In this document: in pieces, positions 18,681-27,846 of the stretch
Layout of the letters: the number at the start of each line of letters is the position of its first letter
Position numbering within the stretch: position 1 is the stretch's first letter
Source of the DNA: Candidatus Latescibacterota bacterium
GTDB lineage: Bacteria; Latescibacterota; UBA2968; UBA8231
NCBI GenBank assembly: GCA_965206595.1
Contig: OZ242214.1
Span: forward strand, 5,280,001-5,344,000
Direction of reading: 5' to 3'
Length of the DNA stretch: 64,000 nucleotides
Translations under genes and position numbers: made by a program
The notes under the pieces: model-generated
What the model was told of the DNA's origin: nothing
Database searches by the model: none
What the model saw: the letters and a program-made list of their open reading frames with translations, nothing else

Positions 18681-21600
18681 CGCATTTCTGGAAGATCAAC
18701 GCCGCGGTTGCCCTCGGCGCCGCGGTGGCGGCCGCGGCGCTGACCGGGGCCCTCCTGGTCGGCGATTCGGTGCGCGCCAGCCTCCGCTCCCTCGTCCTCG
18801 ACCGACTCGGTTCCGTCGATTGCGCCCTCGTGGCGCCCCGGTTTTTCCGCGCCGCGCTCGCCACGGCGTTGTCGATCGACGACGAGAGCGGCGCCGGTGC
18901 CGGGGTGGCGCCGGCCATCCTGCTCGAGGGGGCCGCGACCCACGCGCGTTCCCGGGCCCGCGCCTCGGTGCAGATCCTCGGGGTCGACGGCCGCTTCAAC
19001 GCCTTTTTCGGCGAAGCGGGCAGACTCCCGGCGTTGCACAGGCAGGGCCCCTTTCCGCCGGCGATACTGAACCAGGGGCTGGCCGCAGACCTCGGCGCCG
19101 CAACCGGGGACGCGGTGCTGCTGGCGCTGCCCCGCCGCGCCGAAGTGCCGCGCGCGACGGTGTTCGGGCGCCGATCCTCCGAGGACGTGGTGCAGACCCT
19201 GCGGACGGTCGTCGCCGCGGTCGTGCCGGACCGCGGACCTGGCGGCTTCGGGTTGAATCCCCACCAGGCGGCCCCCTACAACGTCTACCTCGATCTTGGA
19301 GACCTGCAGCGGGAGCTCGATCTCCCCGGAAGGGCGAACTCCCTTCTGGCCAGGTATCCGGGGGTTTCCGGCGGCATCGCCGCCAGGGCCATGCAACGGG
19401 ACTTGAAAACCGCCATCGGTCTGACCGACCTCGGCTTGGTGCTGCGGGAGCTGCCGGGCGGCGGCCTCTTCGCCCTCGAGAGCGAGCAGTTCATCCTCGA
19501 CGACGCGCGCGCCGACCTGGGGGCCGCGGTGGCCTCCGGGCTCGGCATTCCCTGGTTGCCGGTCTTTACCTACCTCGCCAACAGCCTGTCCGCGGGCGGG
19601 CGCTCGCTGCCGTACTCGACCGTCTCTGCGCTCGGCGAGAGCGCCTTCAGCGGCCGTTTCGGGGCGCTGTTCCTGGCCGGGGGCGGGCCGTTTCCGGGCC
19701 TGCGGGAAGGGGAGATCGCCCTCAATGAGTGGGCGGCCGCGGACCTCGCCGTTGCCGCGGGGGATTCCCTGTGCCTGGAGTACTTCGTCGTCGACGAGGG
19801 GGAGCAGTTGTCGGAAAGCTCCGCCCGCCTGCGGGTCGCCGGCGTTCTGCAGATGCGCGGCCTCGCCGAGGACCGCGAGCTGACCCCCCGGTATCCCGGT
19901 ATTCAGGAGGCCGGCGACATGTCGGCGTGGTCGCCGCCGTTTCCGCTCGACCTCGACCGCATCCGGCCCCAGGACGAGGCGTATTGGGACGAGTACGGGA
20001 CGGCGCCGAAAGCGTTCGTCTCCGAGGGGACCGGAAAAAAGCTGTGGGGCAGCCGCCACGGCAGCCTCACAGCCCTGAGGCTGGGCGCCAGGCCGGGGGA
20101 GGAGCCGGCTGCTGCGGCCGCGGACTTCGAGCGCGCCTTCCTCGCCGCGGTGCAGCCGCAGCAGCTGGGCATGAACTTCATCCCGGTGCGCGAGCGCAGC
20201 CTGGAGGCGGCCGAGGGGGCCACCGATTTCGGCGGGCTCTTCATCGGTTTCAGCCTGTTCCTGATCGCCGCCGCGGCGATGCTGATGGGCCTCCTGTTCC
20301 GGCTCGGGGTCGAACAGCGGGTGCGCGAGATGGGGCTCCTGCGCGCCGTGGGCATGCCGTTGGGGCGCGTGCGCCGGCGGTTCCTCGGGGAAGGTCTGGC
20401 GGTCGCCGCCCTCGGCGGACTGCTCGGAACGGCCGGCGCCGTCGCCTACGCCGGGCTGATGATGGCCGGGCTGCGCACCTTGTGGCGCCAGGCCGTCGGC
20501 ACGTCTCACCTATCCCTGACTGTCACCCCCGCTACCCTCTCAATCGGCTACGCCGCCTCGCTGATCGTCGCCGCCGCGGTCGTCGCCTGGACGGTGAGGA
20601 GCCTCGGACGGCTGGCGCCCCGCGCCCTGCTCGCCGGTGAAACCTCCCGGCCTTCGGTGCGCCGCGGAAGGGCCGCGTTCCTGTTCGCGGCTGGGGCGGC
20701 AGTCGCCGCGCTCGCCCTGTCCGCGGCCGGATCGCTTTCCTCCGCCACGACTGCCAGCGGGCTCTTCTTCGCCAGCGGGGCGCTGCTCCTCGCAGCCGGA
20801 GTGGCCGGGTTTGCGAGCTGGCTGAGAGCCGGAGGAAGGGCTGCCTCCGGGATAGTGCCGTCGACCCTCGGGCTGGCGGTCACATCGACGCGGCGCCAGC
20901 CGGGGCGCAGCCTGCTGGCTGCCGGCCTGGTGGCCTGCGCCTGCTTCGCCATCGCCGCGGTGGCGGCCAACCGCCGCGCCGGCCTGCCGGGAGCGGACGC
21001 ACTGGCAAAGGACTCGGGGACCGGAGGTTATGCCGTAAAGGCGAAAACCGACATCCCGGTGTTTGCCGACCTCGGTAGCGACGACGGGCTGATCGACGAG
21101 GGGTTCACCCCGGAGGAGCGAGCCATGTTCGCCGGCTCCCGGATCTTCCGCCTGCGCGGCTCCCCGGGAGAGGACGCGAGCTGCCTCAACCTCTACAAAC
21201 CGGCGCGGCCCACCCTTCTCGGCCTGCCTGCCGGTTTCATCGACCGGGGCGGTTTCCGGTTCGCGCAGGCCGTCCCGGAAGCCGGCTCCAACCCATGGGA
21301 GCTGCTCACGGAAGAACACGAACCCGGGGTGGTGCCGGCGATCGGCGACTACAACTCCGTGCGCTGGATCCTCCATTCCGGCCTCGGGGAGGAGATCCTG
21401 CTTGCGGACGAAGCTGGCGGCGAGCTGAGACTGCGCCTGGTCGGGCTGCTCCAGGGCAGCATTTTCCAGAGCGAGATCCTGGTATCGGAGGAACAGTTCA
21501 AGCGCCGCTTCCCGGGCGCCGAAGGCTACCGCTTTTTCCTGGCCGAGGCGGGAAACCAGGAGCCGGCCGAGACCGCCGCCCTGCTCGAACGGCGCCTGGA

Positions 21601-22045
21601 GACGTACGGCCTGGAGGCGACGGCCACTGCCTCACTGCTGGCGCGCTTCGGGGCGGTCGAGAACACCTACCTGTCGACCTTCCAGACCCTGGGCGGGTTC
21701 GGGCTGTTGCTGGGAACGGTCGGGCTGGCCCTGGTGCTGCTGCGCAACGCCATCGAGCGCAGCGGCGAGCTGGCGGCCTGGCGCGCCTGCGGGTTCAGCT
21801 GCGCGCGCCTGCGGACCATCCTGGTGCTGGAGAATACGTTCCTGCTGCTGGCCGGGGCCGCCATCGGAACGGTTGCCGCCCTCGTCGCCGTCGCACCTCA
21901 TCTGGTCGTGCACCTGAGCGGCGTTCCCTGGGGATCGCTGGCGGCGACGCTGGGGGCGGTGCTGGCTTTCGGGGTTTGCGCCGCCGCGGCCGTTTCGGGG
22001 TTCGTCCTGCGCCAGCCGCTGCTGCCGGCCTTGAAAAGGGAGTAA
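18665..22045 (+). CDS. Large FtsX/MacB-type ABC permease (1126 aa)
   Basis: Two FtsX-like TM blocks ('EQRVREMGLLRAVG', 'ERSGELAAWRACGF') with large periplasmic regions. Confidence 0.88.
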   Translation: MRRTLTHFWKINAAVALGAAVAAAALTGALLVGDSVRASLRSLVLDRLGSVDCALVAPRFFRAALATALSIDDESGAGAGVAPAILLEGAATHARSRARASVQILGVDGRFNAFFGEAGRLPALHRQGPFPPAILNQGLAADLGAATGDAVLLALPRRAEVPRATVFGRRSSEDVVQTLRTVVAAVVPDRGPGGFGLNPHQAAPYNVYLDLGDLQRELDLPGRANSLLARYPGVSGGIAARAMQRDLKTAIGLTDLGLVLRELPGGGLFALESEQFILDDARADLGAAVASGLGIPWLPVFTYLANSLSAGGRSLPYSTVSALGESAFSGRFGALFLAGGGPFPGLREGEIALNEWAAADLAVAAGDSLCLEYFVVDEGEQLSESSARLRVAGVLQMRGLAEDRELTPRYPGIQEAGDMSAWSPPFPLDLDRIRPQDEAYWDEYGTAPKAFVSEGTGKKLWGSRHGSLTALRLGARPGEEPAAAAADFERAFLAAVQPQQLGMNFIPVRERSLEAAEGATDFGGLFIGFSLFLIAAAAMLMGLLFRLGVEQRVREMGLLRAVGMPLGRVRRRFLGEGLAVAALGGLLGTAGAVAYAGLMMAGLRTLWRQAVGTSHLSLTVTPATLSIGYAASLIVAAAVVAWTVRSLGRLAPRALLAGETSRPSVRRGRAAFLFAAGAAVAALALSAAGSLSSATTASGLFFASGALLLAAGVAGFASWLRAGGRAASGIVPSTLGLAVTSTRRQPGRSLLAAGLVACACFAIAAVAANRRAGLPGADALAKDSGTGGYAVKAKTDIPVFADLGSDDGLIDEGFTPEERAMFAGSRIFRLRGSPGEDASCLNLYKPARPTLLGLPAGFIDRGGFRFAQAVPEAGSNPWELLTEEHEPGVVPAIGDYNSVRWILHSGLGEEILLADEAGGELRLRLVGLLQGSIFQSEILVSEEQFKRRFPGAEGYRFFLAEAGNQEPAETAALLERRLETYGLEATATASLLARFGAVENTYLSTFQTLGGFGLLLGTVGLALVLLRNAIERSGELAAWRACGFSCARLRTILVLENTFLLLAGAAIGTVAALVAVAPHLVVHLSGVPWGSLAATLGAVLAFGVCAAAAVSGFVLRQPLLPALKRE

Positions 22046-22093
22046 CCGCGTACCGGTCGTCCCCGGAAGCAGCGGTTCGAATCGAGGTAAGAA

Positions 22094-23086
22094 ATGGTGA
22101 CAGAAAGCCACGCGTCCACGATCGCCGTCGACGGTCTCTCGAAGACCTACCGGGTTCCGGTGCGCCAACCGGGACTGGCCAATGCCTTCAAGAGCATCTT
22201 CAGACGCGAGACCCGCGAAGTCGAGGCGGTAAGGGAGATCTCGTTCTCCGTCGCAGCCGGGGAGGTGGTCGGCTTCCTGGGGCCCAACGGGGCGGGCAAG
22301 ACGACGACTCTCAAGATGCTGTCCGGCCTGCTCAATCCCGACGCCGGGAGGGCATCCGTTCTCGGACACGAACCGTACGGCCGCGAGCGCGATTTCCTCA
22401 GGCAGATCACCCTGGTCATGGGGAATCGAAACCAGCTGATCTGGGACATTCCCGTTTCCGATTCGTTCGAGCGCAATCGCGCCATCTACCGGCTGCCGTC
22501 CGCATCGTTCCAGGAAACAGTGGCAGGCCTGACCGACCTGCTCGAACTCGGAGAGTTGCTCGACAAACCGGTGCGCAACCTCTCCCTTGGGGAGCGGATG
22601 AAGTGTGAAATCGCCGCGGCGCTGCTGCACAGACCGAAGATCCTCTTTCTCGACGAACCGACCATCGGACTCGACGTCACCATGCAGCGCCGGATTCGCG
22701 CCTTTATCGCCGAGTATAACCGGATCTTCAACGCCACTGTCCTGTTGACGAGCCACTACATGGCCGATGTCGAAGCCCTCTGCCAGCGCGTCATCGTCAT
22801 CCACCACGGGCAGCTGCTGTTCGACGGCGACCTCGCGGACCTCGTGGAGCGTTTCGCTCCCCACAAGACGATTGTCGTCGAGCTGGAAAAGGAAGGAGTC
22901 GACGTGACCCGGTTCGGGCAAGTGGTCGGCAGCGAAGGCTTGCGGCACACCCTGCTGGTGCCCAAGGAGGAGACCGCGCGCGTCACCGGTGAACTGCTGG
23001 CTGAACTGCCGGTGGCCGACCTCACGGTCGAAGATCCCCCGATCGAGGAAGTGATCGAACAGGTGTTCGCGGAGGAGGCGCCATGA
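22094..23086 (+). CDS. ABC ATP-binding protein
   Basis: 'GPNGAGKTT', 'LSLGERMKCE', 'LDEPTIGLD'. Confidence 0.93.
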   Translation: MVTESHASTIAVDGLSKTYRVPVRQPGLANAFKSIFRRETREVEAVREISFSVAAGEVVGFLGPNGAGKTTTLKMLSGLLNPDAGRASVLGHEPYGRERDFLRQITLVMGNRNQLIWDIPVSDSFERNRAIYRLPSASFQETVAGLTDLLELGELLDKPVRNLSLGERMKCEIAAALLHRPKILFLDEPTIGLDVTMQRRIRAFIAEYNRIFNATVLLTSHYMADVEALCQRVIVIHHGQLLFDGDLADLVERFAPHKTIVVELEKEGVDVTRFGQVVGSEGLRHTLLVPKEETARVTGELLAELPVADLTVEDPPIEEVIEQVFAEEAP

Positions 23087-23886
23087 GGGCGCTGGGCCGC
23101 ATCTACGGCGTCCTGTTGAAGACCGACCTGGCGGAGATGATGCAGTACCGGGCGGCGATGCTGATCTATCTCATCGGCGGGGTGCTGCAACCGGTCGTCT
23201 ACCTCGTGGTCTGGCTGACGGTTGCCGAAGCCAGGGGAGGTACTGTCGGCGACTTCGACAAGGGGGAGCTTGCCGCCTACTACATCGCCTTCATGCTGGT
23301 CAGCCACGTGACCTTCGATTGGCACATGTTCGAGATGGGATGGCGCGTCCGCAGCGGCTCCTTTTCCCCCATTCTGTTGCAACCGCTGCACCCGCTGCAC
23401 CGGGACCTTTCCGAGAACGTGTCGTACAAACTGCTGACCCTGTCGGTCATGGTTCCGGTTGCCGCTCTCCTCGTCTGGTTCTTCGAACCGGCGTTCCCGG
23501 CATCGGCCTGGGCCTGGGTCGCTTTTGTGCCCGCCCTGGTGCTCGCCTTTCTCGTGCGCTTCCTGGTCGAATGGACGGTTGCCCTTCTCGCCTTCTGGAT
23601 CACCGACACGTCCGGCTTGAACCAGGTCTACTACATTTCGGTAACCTTCCTGGCCGGAAGAATGGCGCCCCTGTCGCTGATGCCGGAGTGGGTGCAGAAC
23701 GCCGCGGCGCTGCTGCCTTTCAAGTGGATGGTGGCGTTTCCGGTCGAGCTTCTTCTCGGGCGTCTGACCCCGCGGGAAGCGATCGACGGATTCATCGCCC
23801 AGGGGGCCTGGCTGGTCCTGGCGCTGGCGCTACTGAGCCTGTCCTGGAGCCGCGCCGTGAAGAGATATTCGGCGGTGGGAGCATGA
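23083..23886 (+). CDS. ABC-2 family permease (DUF990-like)
   Basis: 'QYRA', six TM segments, ends 'RYSAVGA'; overlaps the ATPase gene. Confidence 0.88.
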   Translation: MRALGRIYGVLLKTDLAEMMQYRAAMLIYLIGGVLQPVVYLVVWLTVAEARGGTVGDFDKGELAAYYIAFMLVSHVTFDWHMFEMGWRVRSGSFSPILLQPLHPLHRDLSENVSYKLLTLSVMVPVAALLVWFFEPAFPASAWAWVAFVPALVLAFLVRFLVEWTVALLAFWITDTSGLNQVYYISVTFLAGRMAPLSLMPEWVQNAAALLPFKWMVAFPVELLLGRLTPREAIDGFIAQGAWLVLALALLSLSWSRAVKRYSAVGA

Positions 23887-24668
23887 GCATCCTGCGGCTG
23901 CTCTGCGTCTTCTTTCGCATCGGTCTGCTCAACGAGCTGCAGTACCGGGCGAATTTCCTGCTTCAGCTGTTCAAGACCGCCTTCAACTTCGCCTGGTCGA
24001 TCGGGGCGGTCGCCGTCGTTTTCGCGCATACGGACGATCTCAACGGCTGGCAGCCTGCCGAAGTAGTCGCCCTGCTCGGGGTGTTCGTGCTGATGGGGGG
24101 ACTGATCGGCGTCGTGGTTCAGCCGAGTATGGAGAAATTCATCGAAGACGTGCGGGAAGGGACCCTCGATTTCACCCTGACCAAGCCGGAGGAAGCGCAA
24201 GTGCTGGTCAGTGTCGGCCAGGTGCGGATCTGGCGCCTCCTCGACGTCGTCGCCGGTCCCGTCATCATCGCCGCGGCCCTGCACCACCTGGGGCGCGGCG
24301 TCGGCCCGGAGGCGGCGGTGAAATTCGGCGTCGCGCTGTCAGCCGGGAGCGTGATCATGTACAGCTTCTGGCTGATTCTGGCGACCATCTCGTTCTGGTT
24401 CATCCGCATCGAGAACATACTGATGATTTTTCACGGCATGTACGACGCGGCGCGCTGGCCGGTCACCATCTACCCGGGGTGGCTGCGGGCGGCGCTGACG
24501 TTCCTCGTTCCGGTGACCTTTGCGGTTACCGTGCCGGCGCAGGCGTTGGTGGGGCGCCTGACTGCGGACTTCCTGATCGCTACCGTAGCGCTTGCCCTGG
24601 TCCTGCTCGCCGGCTCGCGGCTGTTCTGGAAAATCGGGGTGCGCCACTATTCCGGCGCCTCGGCGTGA
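23883..24668 (+). CDS. ABC-2 family permease (DUF990-like)
   Basis: 'ELQYRANF', 'GTLDFTLTKP', ends 'YSGASA'. Confidence 0.88.
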   Translation: MSILRLLCVFFRIGLLNELQYRANFLLQLFKTAFNFAWSIGAVAVVFAHTDDLNGWQPAEVVALLGVFVLMGGLIGVVVQPSMEKFIEDVREGTLDFTLTKPEEAQVLVSVGQVRIWRLLDVVAGPVIIAAALHHLGRGVGPEAAVKFGVALSAGSVIMYSFWLILATISFWFIRIENILMIFHGMYDAARWPVTIYPGWLRAALTFLVPVTFAVTVPAQALVGRLTADFLIATVALALVLLAGSRLFWKIGVRHYSGASA

Positions 24669-24781
24669 GGGGGGTCGGGTGCCGCCGCGGTTGCGGTATC
24701 AGAATTTAACCCTGCGCCAGCCGCTGCAGCCTGCCTTTAAAGGGAGCAGCCGAGAGCCGAGAGGGGAGAGAAAGAAGCCAA

Positions 24782-25622
24782 ATGGCAACGACTATCGTGT
24801 GTTGGAACATTGGAGGGAGGAGGAAGCCTTGGAATGAATTGCTGGAGATGGACGCGGACATCGGGATGCTGCAGGAAGTGCGTACCGTTCCACCCATAGG
24901 CCCACCGGTGGAAGTTCGCCCGGGAGGGCTAAGCGATCCTTGGGGTAAGGACAGTAGCTATACCCGCTGGCCGCTGGTCGTGAAGCTATCCGACCGCGTT
25001 CAGGTCGAATGGTTCAAACCGATTTTGCCTGTGAAGGCTGCGGGTTCAGACGAGATGGTGGTTACCGGAATGGGCAGGTCGCAGCCGCCCGGATCATTCC
25101 ACCTGACCAGGACCCATTTATAGTAGTATCGATGTACGCCAGATGGATCAAACCGCACGTCTCGGTAAAAACCCGGTGGCGAGTCGGCTATGTCGATGCC
25201 TCCGCGCATGTGATTATATCCGATTTGTCGGCCTTCATTGGCGATCTTGATCCCGGCACTCACCGCATCCTGGCAGCAGGTGATCTGAACACCTTCTACG
25301 GGTCAACGGACGAACAGAAGGTCTGCCGGACCGAGACCGAACGGTATTTGAGCGAATGAATGCCCTTGGCCTGGAGTTCATGGGGCCTCAATACCCGAAC
25401 GGACGGCGCGCGGACCCCACCCCCGAAGGTTTGCCGGATGACACCCGGAATGTCCCGACCTACTACAACACCCATGAGAGAACACCCAGGGGGGCACAGA
25501 ATCAGGTCGATTGCGTCTTCGCCTCCCGGGGCTTTCACGACAGCGTGGGCGTCAGGGCCCTGAATGACCCGGATCAATGGGGTTCCAGCGACCACTGCAG
25601 GCTGTTGATGGAAGTCGGATAG
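24782..25622 (+). pseudogene. Endonuclease/exonuclease/phosphatase (EEP) family gene in three frames
   Basis: 'CWNI' and 'LQEV' in 24782..25123, 'AGDLN' in 25009..25359, 'VDCVF' and 'SDH' in 25356..25622. Confidence 0.82.
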
Positions 25623-25707
25623 GTGGGCCTGAAAAACACCCGCCCGAGGGTCAAACGAGCGGCCGCGGACCGAATCCGATCGGTGCGCCCCTTTGTGACT
25701 TGTGGAT

Positions 25708-26100
25708 TTACTCGTTTTCTGTAGACGGGGTAATAAGACTGAGCTTTCCCGACCGATCAACGCCGAAAATAAACGGCCGCGGCGTCGTAGCGAAGGAGCT
25801 CTCCATCTTCTCCAGCGCCAAGACAAGGAGCTTCAGGTATTGCCAGCGGGTTGGGTCTTTTTTCTGCGTGAGGAAGAAGCAACCGACATTGTTTTGGAGG
25901 ATGGCTCGCCGTTCCCCTGGACGGGTCCTGATCTTTTTGTCGCGGGTGATTACGAGCCAGCTCTTGGCACCTGCTACCGGCAGCCAATCAGTGTCCTTGG
26001 TGTCGTGCTGGAAGCGATCCTCCAACCAGAGTACATCATCTCGCACCGCTTTGAGCGCAGTGGCAACACTCTTGGGGATCGAGCGATCTATAAAGATCAT
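25708..26100 (-). CDS. PIN-like toxin (VapC45-like)
   Basis: 'IFIDRSI', 'DTDWL', 'VITRDKKIR'; overlaps the DUF433 gene by 4 bp. Confidence 0.82.
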   Translation of the reverse strand: MIFIDRSIPKSVATALKAVRDDVLWLEDRFQHDTKDTDWLPVAGAKSWLVITRDKKIRTRPGERRAILQNNVGCFFLTQKKDPTRWQYLKLLVLALEKMESSFATTPRPFIFGVDRSGKLSLITPSTENE

Positions 26101-26771
26101 GCAGCACGTTGCAACTCAAACTGAAGCGCCCGCTCTACATGAAGCGGTTCGATATTGAAGTCCGCTGAGATCTGCTCGTACAGGTCGCCCGCTTTGAACC
26201 GCTCCAGGATGATCTCGGTGCGAACTCCGGATGTTGCTACTACAGGAAAGCCGAAACCGTATTCCGGATCGATGACAACGGGGGTGCTGCGTCCCAAGGG
26301 CCACCAGCGCGCTACAAGTTCGTCGGCGTACTCCAACTCCTCCAGGAACGGCTCCAGCACCTCGTTCCACGTCTGCATCCGCTTCTTTCGCCCCACTTCG
26401 ATCAGGATATCTTCACGATCAACAAACACCTCGCGCCCGCCCGTCTTGAATCGCAAGGTCGCCAGTGGACGTGGAGCCTCCAGAATTTCTTGGCAATTGA
26501 GGACTATCTCGCGAATCATCCGAAGCGAAAAGCCCATCTCTTTCAAGCGTCCGATAGCGGCAATTTCCACGAGATCGGTAAACGAGACGATCTCGTGCTT
26601 TTCTTCCCTTTGGACGCCGGGAGTGACAGGTGGTCGGACAACCCGCTGGCCGCGGGTATCGAAATAGGTATACCCCTCGAGCCAGCGCTTTCCCGTACCA
26701 CGGCTCACGTGGGCGAGATGGTCGGCATCCGCAAAGCTGTATAGAGGCCGGATAGCAAGTGTATCGTTCAC
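26097..26771 (-). CDS. HTH + DUF433 antitoxin (VapB45-like)
   Basis: N-terminal HTH 'LYSFADADHLA', 'VVIDPEYGFGFPVV...GVRTEII'. Confidence 0.82.
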   Translation of the reverse strand: MNDTLAIRPLYSFADADHLAHVSRGTGKRWLEGYTYFDTRGQRVVRPPVTPGVQREEKHEIVSFTDLVEIAAIGRLKEMGFSLRMIREIVLNCQEILEAPRPLATLRFKTGGREVFVDREDILIEVGRKKRMQTWNEVLEPFLEELEYADELVARWWPLGRSTPVVIDPEYGFGFPVVATSGVRTEIILERFKAGDLYEQISADFNIEPLHVERALQFELQRAA

Positions 26772-26992
26772 TGCTCTTCTCCTATCCGTTTACCTGCAGC
26801 ATAAGTTTGTGGGACCCTGCCATGCCAGGATCGAATTTATAGTTCTACTGACGGCTTTGGCGGGCTGTCCCCCGACAGTTTTCCCTCCTGCCTGCCTGAC
26901 CCAATCCGGGGTCTGACGAGCCCGTTGGTGGTAAAAACATACACCGCCTCAAAAACCTTGGAAATACATGAGGCATCAACCAAAAGGTGGAA

Positions 26993-27805
26993 TCAGGCCG
27001 CCACCTCCGCGGCGACCGGAACGTACTCCGGGAACACCTGCGGCCAGCTCTGCCCCGTTTTGTCATGGACGGTCTCCGCGTCGATATAGCAGACACTGAG
27101 AGCGCGGCGGGGCCGGTCCGTGGTGTTGGGCTCGGAGCGGTGCAGGGTCCAGTTGTGGAGGAGCACCACCTCTCCTCTTTCCAGCTCGAGGTGCAGTCGC
27201 TTGTCGTCCGAGGCATGCACGGGAATCTGCTCGGGGTAGAGCCCGTCGTGATTGGCGTTGATCATCGACTTGTGGGACCCGGGGACTATCTGCAGGCAGC
27301 CGTTGGCGACCGAGGTCGCGTCGAGCGCCGTCCAGATGGTGACCACCGGGGAGATGCTCAGGCCCCAGCTGCCGGTTCCGTCTTGGTGCCAGTTGAGCAG
27401 GGTCCCGCGCCCGGCCGGTTTGTTCATGAACATCGAGCGGAATGACGAGACCCTGTCGCCGATGATCTTGCGGGTGATGTCGCGGAACAGCGGCTGCTGG
27501 ATGTAGGCGAGGAAGAGGGGGTCCTGCTCGAGGTCCTGGATCTTGCGGTATTTGAGAGACGAGCCCTTGAACACCTTGGTCTGCCTCGCCTTCTCGGGAT
27601 CCCCGGCGGTCGGACACAGCTGCATCATCATGTTCGGGTAGCTCACCCCACCCAGCATGATCTCGTCGATGCGTTCGCACAGCGCTTCGATCTCCGCCAG
27701 CGGGGCGACGCGGCCGAGTCTGACGTAGCCGTTTTCCCGCCAGTACGACAGCTCGCTCTCGCTGATGGCCGGGGGGTGCAGCGCTTCCTCGTTGTTTCTC
27801 GTCAT
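26993..27805 (-). CDS. PhyH-family Fe(II)/2OG dioxygenase
   Basis: 'WHQD', 'IWTALD', 'NGCLQIVPGSHK', 'LHRSEPN..RR'. Confidence 0.9.
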   Translation of the reverse strand: MTRNNEEALHPPAISESELSYWRENGYVRLGRVAPLAEIEALCERIDEIMLGGVSYPNMMMQLCPTAGDPEKARQTKVFKGSSLKYRKIQDLEQDPLFLAYIQQPLFRDITRKIIGDRVSSFRSMFMNKPAGRGTLLNWHQDGTGSWGLSISPVVTIWTALDATSVANGCLQIVPGSHKSMINANHDGLYPEQIPVHASDDKRLHLELERGEVVLLHNWTLHRSEPNTTDRPRRALSVCYIDAETVHDKTGQSWPQVFPEYVPVAAEVAA

Positions 27806-27846
27806 TGCAAAACCTCGTTCCGTCGGGTTGTCGATACGGATGGATC

